Shown: positions 29,078-38,912, counted from the first letter of the stretch. The stretch is 64,000 nucleotides of DNA from Patescibacteria group bacterium (GCA_050947035.1 JBMNVW010000003.1:25992-89991), one strand, 5' to 3'. Notes: a model not told the origin generated them from the letters alone. Numbers and translations are program-made.

Positions 29078-30493
29078 ATGAAACCTGTTCGTGTTCGTTT
29101 TGCCCCCTCACCCACTGGTGTTCCTCATATTGGCAATACCAGAACGGCTCTTTTTGCCTGGCTACTAGCTCGTCAAACCGGCGGCCAATTTATTGTTAGA
29201 GTGGAGGACACTGACCAAAAAAGATACCAAGAAAAATCTTTAGAAAAAATTTTAGCGATTTTAGAATTTTTAGATCTTTTCTGGGATGAGGGGCCAAAGG
29301 TTGGCGGTCCCCACCAACCCTACTTTCAGTCTCAGCGTCTAAAGCGCTACCAAGAAGTGGCTCAAAAACTGGTTGATAAGGGGGTTGCTTATTATTGTTT
29401 CTGTTCTTCGGCTCGGTTAAAAAATCTTCGCCAAGAACAAAAAGCCACTGGTAAAATTCCCAAATATGATCGCCATTGTTTGTCCTTATCAAAGTCAGAA
29501 ATTGAAAAGAAGAAAAAAACTACCCCCTATGTTATTAGATTGAAGATGCCCGATAATCAGGATTTTACCTGGAAGGATTTAGTCCAGGGTGAAATTACCA
29601 TTAATTCTAAAGATTTAGATGATCAGGTCTTGCTAAAATCAGACGGTTTTCCCACCTATCACTTAGGTGTAGTTGTTGATGATCACGATATGGAAATTAC
29701 CCACATTATTAGGGGAGTAGAATGGATTTCCTCGACTCCCAAACACCTCTTGCTGTATCAAGCTTTGGGTTGGGAGGTGCCCCAGATTATGCACCTGCCG
29801 CTTATTTTGGGGCCAGATAAGAGCAAATTGTCCAAAAGGCATGGAGCTAAGTCAATTCTTGATTATCGGGATGAGGGTTATTTAAAAGAAGCTCTGATTA
29901 ATTTTATGGCTTATCTTGGCTGGTCTTATCAAGATAACTCCCAACTGCTTTCCCTAGAAGAATTAGTAGGGGTTTTTGATTATAAAAAGATCCAAAAACA
30001 AAATGCTGTTTTTGATATTAAAAAACTAGATTGGTTTAATGCTCAATATATTAGAATGAAGAGCGATAAAGAATTAACTAAATTATTAAAACCCTTTGCT
30101 CCCGAAGAGGCGGATAAAGAGTTATTGATTAAAATTGTCCCTCTAGTTAAGGATCGGATGACGAAATTATCAGAATTTAGAAATTTAGCCGGGTTCTTTT
30201 TTGAGACTCCAAAAGTAGAAGAGACCCTTTTAGTCGAGAATGTTAAGGGGGATTATAAGAATTATTTGGCTAAAGCCATTGAGGCTCTTCAACCTATTAA
30301 AGAATGGCAGGAAAAAGAAATAACCCCAAGGTTAATGGATTTGATTGAAGAAAATGATTGGCCAACGGGCGATTTTTTTATGAGTTTGCGGATTGCTATT
30401 GCTGGTTCTCGTTATACCCCGCCGATTAACGAGTCAATGGAAATTTTAGGTAAGGAGGAAGCCTTAAAGAGAATAAAAAAACTACTTGACTGA
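29078..30493 (+). CDS. gltX: glutamate--tRNA ligase
   Basis: RFAPSPTG, HIGN and KLSKRH motifs. Confidence 0.97.
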   Translation: MKPVRVRFAPSPTGVPHIGNTRTALFAWLLARQTGGQFIVRVEDTDQKRYQEKSLEKILAILEFLDLFWDEGPKVGGPHQPYFQSQRLKRYQEVAQKLVDKGVAYYCFCSSARLKNLRQEQKATGKIPKYDRHCLSLSKSEIEKKKKTTPYVIRLKMPDNQDFTWKDLVQGEITINSKDLDDQVLLKSDGFPTYHLGVVVDDHDMEITHIIRGVEWISSTPKHLLLYQALGWEVPQIMHLPLILGPDKSKLSKRHGAKSILDYRDEGYLKEALINFMAYLGWSYQDNSQLLSLEELVGVFDYKKIQKQNAVFDIKKLDWFNAQYIRMKSDKELTKLLKPFAPEEADKELLIKIVPLVKDRMTKLSEFRNLAGFFFETPKVEETLLVENVKGDYKNYLAKAIEALQPIKEWQEKEITPRLMDLIEENDWPTGDFFMSLRIAIAGSRYTPPINESMEILGKEEALKRIKKLLD

Positions 30494-30543
30494 TTTTTTT
30501 CCCCTCTTTTGATAAAATAGCATTGTTTATTGTTTTATTCTAT

Positions 30544-30615
30544 TGCCGGGTGGAGTAATGGTAGTCTCATCGCGCTCTGAACGCGAAGATCTAGGTTCGA
30601 GTCCTAGCCCGGCAA
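30544..30615 (+). tRNA. tRNA-Gln(CTG)
   Basis: TGCCGGG/CCCGGCA acceptor stem, TCGCG-CT-CTG-AA-CGCGA anticodon arm, GGTTCGAGTCC; CCA not encoded. Confidence 0.95.
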
Positions 30616-30836
30616 CATTAGTTGCTGGGCTTAGACGAGAACCTAGTAAAGGCTCTGATTAACAAGACGAAAAAGCCGGTCGAGCTGTTGTTATATTAAT
30701 TAACAAGGCAAGAATACGGTCCTTGTCGTCTTCGAGTCCTAGCCGGGCAACATTAGTTGCTGGGTTTAGACGAGAACCTAGTAAAGGCTCTGATTAACAA
30801 GACGAAAAAGACAATCGTGTTGTTGTTATCTCAACC
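30596..30836 (+). repeat. tRNA-3'-linked element, one full and one truncated unit (period 135 bp)
   Basis: 30596-30675 and 30731-30810 are identical at 78/80; each starts at the T-loop TTCGA. Confidence 0.9.
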
Positions 30837-30842
30837 AAGCTA

Positions 30843-30873
30843 TCACCTCAGGGTTTCCACCTTAAAGGTGTCA
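30843..30873 (+). repeat. CACC-N5-GGTG REP-like element
   Basis: TCACCTCAGGGTTTCCACCTTAAAGGTGTCA. Confidence 0.65.
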
Positions 30874-30920
30874 AAAGGGTTTTTTTTGAATAATAGAGGA
30901 CAAGGGGTTAAAATATAGCT

Positions 30921-31904
30921 ATGGTCAGAAAAGATATTCGTCAAGGACTTGGCCAAATCTCAAAAGAAACGGGGGCGCCAGTAAAGAAAATTTTGGACTT
31001 GTTGTTTATTTTAAAAGACGGCAAGGCGATTGAGAATAATCAACTGGTTTGCAAAATTGGCCTGTCTAGAAATGTTTTGAACCAGATAAAAGAAAGGTTG
31101 ACCTCAATCTTAGAGCCGGTATCAAAAAACACCCAGCTTAATGTTAATCAAACTAAACCAGTGCAAGCGCTTTTTGAGGCTAATTATAAACCCGAAGAGG
31201 TTCTTTGGGATGTTTTTGAGGGAGAGGCCTATAAGGGATTGGTCGCCTTTTTAAAAACTGTTGACAAGAAAAGACCATCGCCGGAAAGAAAATACGACCA
31301 ATTTGGGGCCACCATAGAAACAATTGCTCGTCGAGCCTGTTTACTTCAGTTTTTTGGTGATATTCAAAATAAAAGGCTCTTGTTTATTGGCGATGATGAT
31401 TTTGTTTCGGTTGCCGTTGCTAAAATGGGAGGGGCAGAAAATATAACCGTTGTCGATATCGACAAGCGAATTTTGGGCAGAATAAATTTTCTTTCAGATG
31501 AGAAGGGTTTAGGGATTAAGACCTTCCATTATGATGCTAGAAAAAAACTACCCGCCGACCTTGAGAAAAAATTTGACGTTGTTTTTACTGATCCTCCATA
31601 TACCCCGGAGGGTATTAGACTTTTTATTTCTCGAGCGATAGAGTCCTTGGACGGGGATAATAGGGCGGCCAGAATATACTTTTGCTATGGTAATAGCGAC
31701 AAAGCCAAAGAAAGATTTTTACCGATTTATGAAATTTTAATCAATTCGGGCCTGATGGCCAGATGGATATTTGATAAATTTAATCGATATCAAGGGGCAG
31801 AATCAATCGGCAGCGCCAGCTCTTTATTTATTGCCGAAACCACCCCTCAAACAAAATTATTAATTAAGGGAAATTATGACAAACTCATCTACACCAATAA
31901 TTAA
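30921..31904 (+). CDS. bpsA: branched-chain polyamine synthase (N4-bis(aminopropyl)spermidine synthase)-like protein
   Basis: RPSPERKYDQ, GDIQNK, FIGDDDFVS, DIDKR and FTDPPYT motifs; overlaps speD. Confidence 0.85.
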   Translation: MVRKDIRQGLGQISKETGAPVKKILDLLFILKDGKAIENNQLVCKIGLSRNVLNQIKERLTSILEPVSKNTQLNVNQTKPVQALFEANYKPEEVLWDVFEGEAYKGLVAFLKTVDKKRPSPERKYDQFGATIETIARRACLLQFFGDIQNKRLLFIGDDDFVSVAVAKMGGAENITVVDIDKRILGRINFLSDEKGLGIKTFHYDARKKLPADLEKKFDVVFTDPPYTPEGIRLFISRAIESLDGDNRAARIYFCYGNSDKAKERFLPIYEILINSGLMARWIFDKFNRYQGAESIGSASSLFIAETTPQTKLLIKGNYDKLIYTNN

Positions 31905-32229
31905 TCAATACGTTGCCCTAGTCAAGCTTGATTCCGAAGTTGCTTTGTGGGATCAAGTCGAGAGGGTTGCTAAAGATTTAATTATTGGCCTTAATCTTAA
32001 TGTTGTTAAAAAAACAGGCTATTCGTTTCATCCTGAGGGAATTACTCTTGCCTATATTTTGTCTGAATCTCATCTTTTAATCCACACTTGGCCGGAATCA
32101 GGGCTAATTCATATTGACCTGGTCACTTGTAGTTATCGTAGTAAAGAAGAATTTAAAAAATCTTTGGAAAAAGCCTTTTCCGAATACAATGTGGTTTCAA
32201 TTAAGATAAAAGAGGTTGTCTTTGACTAG
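31876..32229 (+). CDS. speD: S-adenosylmethionine decarboxylase proenzyme
   Basis: FHPEGIT, LSESHLLIHTWPE self-cleavage site, DLVTC. Confidence 0.93.
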   Translation: MTNSSTPIINQYVALVKLDSEVALWDQVERVAKDLIIGLNLNVVKKTGYSFHPEGITLAYILSESHLLIHTWPESGLIHIDLVTCSYRSKEEFKKSLEKAFSEYNVVSIKIKEVVFD

Positions 32230-32263
32230 TAAGAAGGTTATTTATTTACCTAAAAGATTAGCT

Positions 32264-33061
32264 CTAAATAGCAAAAATTGGGTCTTGGCCGCATTCTTCT
32301 CGATATAAACCCCAGTTTTTTAATTGGCTTAAAATTATCCCCAAAGAAAAATAAACATCATTTATTTTCAAAGAAGATAGGGTTTCTTGAGCCCTTCCTC
32401 CTTGGCCGACAAGAGCACCAAAGCGGAGACGATGATATTCGGATAGTCTTTGGGCGCCGAAGGCAAGCTCTTGGTGGTATTGGCTGTTTTCTTGGGGCGG
32501 GACAATTGCTTCAGTATCGTATTTAATTTTTAGAGCCTCAGCACTAAGAGTGCGCCAATCAACTCGATGGTCATTTTCTGAAGAAGAAAAGCTTATTGGC
32601 TGGGGAATAATTTCTGGCGGCTCAATAGGAAGGCTGATTTGGGGAGTTTTTTTAAATAATTTAAGAAAATCCAAACCCAAATTTCCGGCCTGGGATTGAT
32701 ATAGTTTTGGAGATTCTGACAAATCCTTTTCTTTTGGCAAAATAAGGGGGATAACTAGCCGGGAGACTTTATTTAAGGAGTTTCCTCTTAGACCGTTCAT
32801 TTTTTTAATTGAAGCGGTGGTGGCTCCTAAAATTGACCATCTTTGGCTAATTTCTTCCAAGGTATCTTGAGGATAAACGGAGATAAAAACACGGGATTTT
32901 CTAAGACCTTCTTGATTGGGCGGCCTCTCTTTGGATAAAGAAAGGCCTGATTCTTTTAAACTGGCCCCCGCGGCGATTAGGGCTAATTTATAGGAAAAAG
33001 ATAAAAACTTTCTTCGATTAATTTTATTTTGAAAATTTTTACCAGTTTCGGCGCCAACCAT
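32264..33061 (-). CDS. exported LysM-domain protein
   Basis: NRRKFL signal; VYPQDTLEEISQRW...IKKMNGL...LVIP is LysM-like. Confidence 0.6.
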   Translation of the reverse strand: MVGAETGKNFQNKINRRKFLSFSYKLALIAAGASLKESGLSLSKERPPNQEGLRKSRVFISVYPQDTLEEISQRWSILGATTASIKKMNGLRGNSLNKVSRLVIPLILPKEKDLSESPKLYQSQAGNLGLDFLKLFKKTPQISLPIEPPEIIPQPISFSSSENDHRVDWRTLSAEALKIKYDTEAIVPPQENSQYHQELAFGAQRLSEYHRLRFGALVGQGGRAQETLSSLKINDVYFSLGIILSQLKNWGLYREECGQDPIFAI

Positions 33062-33232
33062 TTGTTAATATTATACCCATAATAATTGAATTTGTTAAAG
33101 ACAATTCTAAAGCGTTTAGGATGAGAAAGTTAACTGTAAAGATAGAAGTATGGTCTTATTTTTGCGGTTATATTGGCCAAATTGCATTAAAGGATCTAGT
33201 AGTTAATGATATAATAAGATTAAGTTAGCTTT

Positions 33233-33442
33233 ATGAATAAAGAATCTCGCCCTTTTGACCAGGAGAAAGACTTCAATCGAGTCATGTCAGAGTTGGAGGA
33301 GTTAAGAAGAGAAGGGCGAAATGTTGCTTCGGTTGAAAAAGATATTTGGCAAAAACGTCAAAAGCAAATTAACGATTTTCATTCGGAGAAGAATAAAGCT
33401 CCTTCTGTTTTTGAGGAAAATAACCAAGGAAAAATAAAATAA
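33233..33442 (+). CDS. hypothetical protein
   Basis: 69-aa ORF with a TATAAT box upstream. Confidence 0.6.
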   Translation: MNKESRPFDQEKDFNRVMSELEELRREGRNVASVEKDIWQKRQKQINDFHSEKNKAPSVFEENNQGKIK

Positions 33443-33526
33443 GAAGAAAGCTGGGAAATTATTAATTTTTTACTTGGTTTTTTCTTTTCTGATAGTTAAT
33501 TAGGAATATAATAATAAGTATTAATT

Positions 33527-34396
33527 ATGCCCGATCGTTATAGCGCTGTTTGGTTGTCCCATTCGGCAATTGCTGATTTTCAAAACTGTCCTCGAGCTTA
33601 TTTTTTGAAACATGTTTACCGGGATCCCAAAACTGGTCATAAAATAAAGTTAGTTTCTGCCCCCTTAACCTTAGGCCAAGTAGTTCACGAAACAATCGAG
33701 GAGATTTCTATTCTTCCTAAAGAGAAAAGATTTAACCAGCCCTTGATGAGTCGCTTTGAAGAAATTTGGCAAAAATTTTCTGGCCTCCGGGGTGGATTTG
33801 CTAACCTAGAAATAGAAAATCGTTATCAGCAGCGAGGCAGGGAGATGATTGCTCGTTTGACCAAACACCCTGGCCCCCTAAAAGAGTTGGCCGTAAAAAT
33901 TGATTTGGATTTACCCCACTTTTGGCTTTCTAAAGAAGACAATTTAATGCTTTGTGGCAAGATTGACTGGTTAGAGTATTTACCGGATGATGATGCCGTT
34001 GGCATTATTGATTTTAAAACTGGCAAAGGAACAGAAGAGGGCGACTCATTACAGTTGCCGATTTATCAATTAATTGCTCAAAAGTGTCAAGAAAGACCAG
34101 TAAAGCGAGCCGCGTTTTGGTATTTAGAACGGCAAGATTATCCTCAAGAGGTGGAGTTGCCAGACGAGAAAGAAACGAAAAAAAGGTTAATAAAAATCGG
34201 CAAGAAAATTCGCCTTGGTCGGCAAATGGATCGTTTTCCTTGTCCCAAAGGCGAGGCTGGTTGTCGGTATTGTTCTTCTCTTGAAGCCGTGGTTGCCGGT
34301 CAGGGAAAACTGGTCGGAACGGATGACTTTGGGGCTGATCTTTATTTTCTAGAAGAAAGCAGAACAAAAAAAACTCCCCAAAGCCGGATTCTTTAA
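33527..34396 (+). CDS. PD-(D/E)XK nuclease (RecB/AddB/Cas4-like)
   Basis: LSHSAIADFQNCP, GQVVHE, GKID, IIDFKTG, QLPIY and C-x6-C-x2-C. Confidence 0.88.
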   Translation: MPDRYSAVWLSHSAIADFQNCPRAYFLKHVYRDPKTGHKIKLVSAPLTLGQVVHETIEEISILPKEKRFNQPLMSRFEEIWQKFSGLRGGFANLEIENRYQQRGREMIARLTKHPGPLKELAVKIDLDLPHFWLSKEDNLMLCGKIDWLEYLPDDDAVGIIDFKTGKGTEEGDSLQLPIYQLIAQKCQERPVKRAAFWYLERQDYPQEVELPDEKETKKRLIKIGKKIRLGRQMDRFPCPKGEAGCRYCSSLEAVVAGQGKLVGTDDFGADLYFLEESRTKKTPQSRIL

Positions 34397-34407
34397 TAAC
34401 TGTCTTC

Positions 34408-34443
34408 TTCCCCTTGACTAAACAAGGGGAGTTTTTGTATAGT
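34408..34443 (+). terminator. intrinsic terminator overlapping the next promoter
   Basis: TTCCCCTTG-ACTAAA-CAAGGGGAG-TTTTT; contains TTGACT-18 nt-TATAGT. Confidence 0.6.
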
Positions 34444-34450
34444 TTTACCC

Positions 34451-34855
34451 ATGGCCCAACAAGACAATAAAGATCAGACTTCCGCCTTGGCTTTAGAGAA
34501 AAAAATTAGACGAACCCACAATTTAATTAAAGATGCCAAAGATAAACTAAAGGAGCAAAGAGACATGTTCAAAGATGCTTTTGAAAATGACTCTGTTTAT
34601 CAAGACCATCAGACCAAGTATGACGAAGCTAGGAATATTCTTTCGGCAACTAAAAAACAAATTTTAAAAGATCCGGCGGTGGGGGCTATGGATGAAAGGG
34701 TCAAAGAAATGCGCTTGGCCATAAGACAGCTGCAAGATTCTTTGTCTTCTGATTTGCAACAATATCAAAGTTTAACTGGTGAAAAAGTTATCGAAACAGA
34801 CGAGGGGCGATTAATGGAGATTGTTAGTAAGGCAAAGTTAGTTCGACGTTCCTGA
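34451..34855 (+). CDS. hypothetical coiled-coil protein
   Basis: 134-aa helical ORF. Confidence 0.75.
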   Translation: MAQQDNKDQTSALALEKKIRRTHNLIKDAKDKLKEQRDMFKDAFENDSVYQDHQTKYDEARNILSATKKQILKDPAVGAMDERVKEMRLAIRQLQDSLSSDLQQYQSLTGEKVIETDEGRLMEIVSKAKLVRRS

Positions 34856-34859
34856 TTTT

Positions 34860-35600
34860 ATGAAAAAGCAAAGTTTGGCTTTGGGAGTTATTATTTTGTT
34901 GATTTTGGCTGGAGCGGGCTTTGCTTTGCGGCCTCAGGGTGAAAAAATTCCTGGCCAAGGTGATTTTTTAACCGATGAGCTTGGTCTTGAGGAGAACAAC
35001 ACTACTGATGACAATCTAAATTTAGCCAAGAATAATTCTTATCAAGAGAAGCAAGAAACGGAAATGGAGAATAAGCAAAAACAAACTAGCTGGTCTTCCC
35101 CACCATCCCAGATTATTGATCCAGGCCGGAACTATCAGGCGGTTTTGACCACCTCGGTTGGTCAGATCACTATTGATCTGCTGGAAAAAGAGACTCCAAT
35201 AACGGTTAATAATTTTGTTTTTTTGGCTAATGAGGATTTTTATGAAGGAGTTATTTTTCATCGAGCAATCGAGGGCTTTATGATTCAGGGGGGTTGCCCT
35301 AAAGGCGATGGCACCGGTGGTCCGGGTTATCAGTTTGCTGATGAACCGTTTGAGGGTCAATATACTCGAGGAACGGTGGCCATGGCCAATTCCGGCCCCA
35401 ACACCAATGGCAGTCAATTTTTTATTATGCATCAGGATTATCAGCTTCCTCCTGATTATGTTATTTTTGGTCAGGTAGTTTCCGGAATGGAAACGGTTGA
35501 CAAGATTGCCTCAAGCCCGGTTAAGAGCAGCCCCAACGGCGAGGCTTCATTGCCGGTTGATCCGGTTACGATCACTAATATAGAAATTATTACCCGCTAA
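34860..35600 (+). CDS. cyclophilin-type peptidyl-prolyl isomerase, membrane anchored
   Basis: FHRAIEGFMIQGG and AMANSGPNTNGSQFFI motifs. Confidence 0.95.
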   Translation: MKKQSLALGVIILLILAGAGFALRPQGEKIPGQGDFLTDELGLEENNTTDDNLNLAKNNSYQEKQETEMENKQKQTSWSSPPSQIIDPGRNYQAVLTTSVGQITIDLLEKETPITVNNFVFLANEDFYEGVIFHRAIEGFMIQGGCPKGDGTGGPGYQFADEPFEGQYTRGTVAMANSGPNTNGSQFFIMHQDYQLPPDYVIFGQVVSGMETVDKIASSPVKSSPNGEASLPVDPVTITNIEIITR

Positions 35601-35611
35601 TCTATTTTTTA

Positions 35612-35657
35612 TTTACACCCCGGGGGTGTCGTGCCTAAAACACCCCCGGGGTGTAAA
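35612..35657. repeat. inverted doublet of the CACC-N5-GGTG element
   Basis: TTTACACCCCGGGGGTGT...ACACCCCCGGGGTGTAAA. Confidence 0.75.
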
Positions 35658-35695
35658 AGGGCCTTTGGGTATTATTTGCTATACTAATAAGTATT

Positions 35696-36169
35696 ATGGT
35701 TTTGGGTATTGATCCGGGTTTGGCTTCTTGTGGTTGGGCGATTTTGCCTGATAGTAAAACCCTTTCTTATTGCGGTTGTTTAGAAACAAAAAAAGCTGAT
35801 AGCTTGGCTAATCGCTTGGGTCAAATTTATGATCAAGTTATTGACCTTTGCCAAAAACACCAGGTTGAGGAACTAGCCATTGAGTCGCTTTTTTTTGCCA
35901 AAAACACCAAAACAGCTCTTTTAGTGGCCCAAGCCATGGGAGCAATTAAAGCGGCTGCTTATAAAAAGGGAGTAAGGGTTTTTGAATATACCCCCTTGCA
36001 AATTAAAATTGCCATTACCGGTTATGGTCGAGCCGAAAAAGATCAAGTTATTAGTATGATTAAGGAGGAGTTGGGGAATAACCAGCAGTTAAATAATAAT
36101 CATGCCGCCGATGCGGTAGCTGCCGCCCTGACCCATTTTTTTACCCTTAAAAAGGAGGTCTTGTCATGA
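35696..36169 (+). CDS. ruvC: Holliday junction resolvase
   Basis: LGIDPG, AIESLFF, YTPLQIK and HAADA motifs. Confidence 0.96.
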   Translation: MVLGIDPGLASCGWAILPDSKTLSYCGCLETKKADSLANRLGQIYDQVIDLCQKHQVEELAIESLFFAKNTKTALLVAQAMGAIKAAAYKKGVRVFEYTPLQIKIAITGYGRAEKDQVISMIKEELGNNQQLNNNHAADAVAAALTHFFTLKKEVLS

Positions 36170-36741
36170 TTAGTGCTTTAAACGGAACAATAAGTTTTAA
36201 AAATTTATCAGGAGTAGAGGTTCGAGCCGGCCAGGTTGGTTATTGGGTTTTGGTCCCAGCCGGACTATTGGCTGATTTGGCCCTTGGGGAAAAGGTAACT
36301 CTTTATACCAATTTAATAGTTAGCGAGAAGATGGTAGAAATTTATGGCTTTTCCTCTAGAAATGAAGTGAGAATTTTTAAAATGTTAACTTCTGTTTCTG
36401 GCGTTGGCCCCAAAACCGCTTTGCAAATTTTTAATAACCATCAAGGGGAAGAAGTTGAGCAAGCAATTGATAAGGCCGATGTCGCCTTTTTTCAATCGAT
36501 TAAGGGGATTGGTAAAAAAACCGCCCAAAGATTAATTGTTGACCTGAGATCAGTTTTAGACCAGGATCGGGTTCGAGAGGAAAAAGAAGCGGAAAGTAAA
36601 GAGCCAACTGTTTATCAGGCCTTAACCCAACTTGGTTTTAGTAAAGAAGAGATTCGTTTGGTAATTGATAAGATTAATCCCGACCAAAAAGAAGAAGAGA
36701 AAATTTCTCAAGCCTTAAGGTTTTTATCTGCTGATGACTAA
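36166..36741 (+). CDS. ruvA: Holliday junction branch migration protein
   Basis: VSGVGPKTA and IKGIGKKTA HhH motifs. Confidence 0.95.
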   Translation: MISALNGTISFKNLSGVEVRAGQVGYWVLVPAGLLADLALGEKVTLYTNLIVSEKMVEIYGFSSRNEVRIFKMLTSVSGVGPKTALQIFNNHQGEEVEQAIDKADVAFFQSIKGIGKKTAQRLIVDLRSVLDQDRVREEKEAESKEPTVYQALTQLGFSKEEIRLVIDKINPDQKEEEKISQALRFLSADD

Positions 36742-37741
36742 AAAAAAGAGTCTCGACCAGGACCGATCAGAAAAAGACCTTCTTAATAGTCTGCGTCCTA
36801 AAAATTTGTCTGGTTTTATTGGCCAAAATTCATTAAAAAAACAATTAAAAATTTTTATTAAGGCGGCTAAGCAAAGAGAGGACCCCTTGGAGCATGTTTT
36901 GTTTTATGGTCCGCCCGGTTTAGGCAAAACTACCTTGGCTTGTATTTTGGCTCACGAAATGGCCACTGATATTAAAATTATTTCCGGACCAACCCTTTCT
37001 CGAGCTGGTGATTTGGCTTCGATTTTAACCAACCTTAAAGAAGGAGATATCTTGTTTATTGATGAGGTTCATCGTCTTAACAAGATAGTCGAGGAGACTC
37101 TTTATCCGGCCATGGAAGATTATGCTCTAGATATTATTGTTGGCAAAGGCCCATCAGCCCGGTCAATTAGACTAAAACTAAAACGTTTTACTGTGGTGGG
37201 GGCGACCACCCGAATTGGTCTTATCTCTTCGCCGATGAGGGATCGTTTTGGCCTGGTTCACAAATTAGGCTTTTATCAGTCGGAGAGCTTAATGGAGATT
37301 ATTACCAATTCGGCCAAAGTTTTATCAATTGATATTGATTCTAGTGGGGCCTTAGAAATTGCTCGTCGCTCTCGAGGGACGCCCAGAATTGCTAATCGTC
37401 TATTAAAAAGGGTTCGTGATTTTGCTCAAGTTAAAGGTAATGGCAAAATTGATAAAAAGACCGCCAAAAAAGCCCTTTCCGATTTGGGTATTGATAAAAT
37501 TGGCTTAACCGGTGTTGATCGAAAATTATTACGCTTGATTATTAAGAATTATCAAGGTGGTCCGGTGGGAATTGATAATTTAGGGGCGGGATTAATTGAA
37601 GATACGGGGACGATTGTTGATGTTTATGAGCCGTATTTAATGAAATTGGGTTTTTTGAAAAGAACTCCTCGAGGACGAATAGCCACCGATCGGGCTCGAG
37701 AACATTTGGGTCTATCGGTCGATCAAAAAAAGCTTGTTTAG
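36734..37741 (+). CDS. ruvB: Holliday junction branch migration helicase
   Basis: [25 protein letters not shown] and RTPRGR motifs. Confidence 0.98.
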   Translation: MTKKKSLDQDRSEKDLLNSLRPKNLSGFIGQNSLKKQLKIFIKAAKQREDPLEHVLFYGPPGLGKTTLACILAHEMATDIKIISGPTLSRAGDLASILTNLKEGDILFIDEVHRLNKIVEETLYPAMEDYALDIIVGKGPSARSIRLKLKRFTVVGATTRIGLISSPMRDRFGLVHKLGFYQSESLMEIITNSAKVLSIDIDSSGALEIARRSRGTPRIANRLLKRVRDFAQVKGNGKIDKKTAKKALSDLGIDKIGLTGVDRKLLRLIIKNYQGGPVGIDNLGAGLIEDTGTIVDVYEPYLMKLGFLKRTPRGRIATDRAREHLGLSVDQKKLV

Positions 37742-37786
37742 ATTTTTTCCTCTTCTTGTTGGGGGAGTGGTACAATAGCCAAAAAC

Positions 37787-38821
37787 ATGTCTTTCTGGAA
37801 AAACCCCACCCCCATTATTGGTCTTGCCCCAATGGATGGGATAACCGATGCGCCAATGCGGCAAATTACCGCTCATTACGGCCAGCCGGAGGTTATTTTT
37901 ACTGAGTTTATTAACGTTGAATATGCCGCCGCTCGGCCAAAGAAGCTTTTTTGTCGTTTTTGGTATTCTTCTGATCAACGACCCATCGTTGCCCAACTTT
38001 CTGGAGTTAATACCGACCTTTTTTATCAATTTGCCCTAATTGCCGCTGAATTAGGTTTTGATGGGGTTGATATTAATATGGGTTGTCCGGCCAAAAGTGT
38101 TACCGCTCGAGGTGGTGGAGCCAAATTGATTGGTAATAAGAAATTGGCCGAAGAGTTGGTTTTATCGGTTAAAAAAGGCCTTGACGATTGGCAGAAAGGA
38201 AAAGGCCTTGACGATTTAGATAAGAGCTTGCTCTTGGGTTTAGAAAAAACCAAACAAACAAATCGGCAGTGGGGAGGGGTAAAAAAGGCTAAAAAGTCCC
38301 CCCCGGCTTTATCGATAAAAACAAGACTAGGGGTTGATCGGCCTCTAATTAAAGATTGGTTGGAATTTTTATTCTCTTTACCGATTGAGGCCTTAATCGT
38401 TCATGGTCGTCTGGTAAGCCAAGGCCATTCTGGGCCGGTGGATTGGGCTAGTTTGGGTAAGGTGGCTGACCTTGCTGGTCAGAAAAACAAGGTGTTGATT
38501 GGTAATGGCGGGATTGGTTCTTTTGAGGAAGCCAAAGAAACTTGCCAAAAATATAATCTGGGGGGGGTTTTGATTGGACAAAGAGCCTTGGGTAACCCTT
38601 GGGTTTTTACCGACCAGGCAGTAACGAAGGAGAAAAAGCTTTTAGTGATGATGGAGCATGCTCGTTGTTTTGTTGATTTATTTGGTGAGGAGAATTTTAT
38701 TGTTTTGCGCAAACACCTAGCTTGGTATGCGGCTGGTTTTCCGGGAGCTAAAAAATTAAGAATCAAACTGGTTAGAGCTAGCCGCTTGTCTGAGGTAGAG
38801 GAAATAATAAATAATTTCTAA
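37787..38821 (+). CDS. dus: tRNA-dihydrouridine synthase
   Basis: LAPMDGITD, INMGCP, VHGR and GNGG motifs. Confidence 0.93.
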   Translation: MSFWKNPTPIIGLAPMDGITDAPMRQITAHYGQPEVIFTEFINVEYAAARPKKLFCRFWYSSDQRPIVAQLSGVNTDLFYQFALIAAELGFDGVDINMGCPAKSVTARGGGAKLIGNKKLAEELVLSVKKGLDDWQKGKGLDDLDKSLLLGLEKTKQTNRQWGGVKKAKKSPPALSIKTRLGVDRPLIKDWLEFLFSLPIEALIVHGRLVSQGHSGPVDWASLGKVADLAGQKNKVLIGNGGIGSFEEAKETCQKYNLGGVLIGQRALGNPWVFTDQAVTKEKKLLVMMEHARCFVDLFGEENFIVLRKHLAWYAAGFPGAKKLRIKLVRASRLSEVEEIINNF

Positions 38822-38912
38822 TGAAGATCATTTATAATGAAACAAAACAACAAATTTTATCGTTAGCTTCTTCTTGAATACTAATGCCTGAAGGGTTATT
38901 ATTAGACTCGTT

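Noticed and set aside
30596-30810. Diversity-generating retroelement TR/VR pair
   Set aside because: The two mismatches are C/G and C/T, not adenine-specific; the repeat is non-coding and there is no reverse transcriptase in the window.
30616-34396. Prophage or integrative island at tRNA-Gln
   Set aside because: No integrase or phage genes, and the tRNA 3' duplicate is only 135 bp away rather than at a distal island end.
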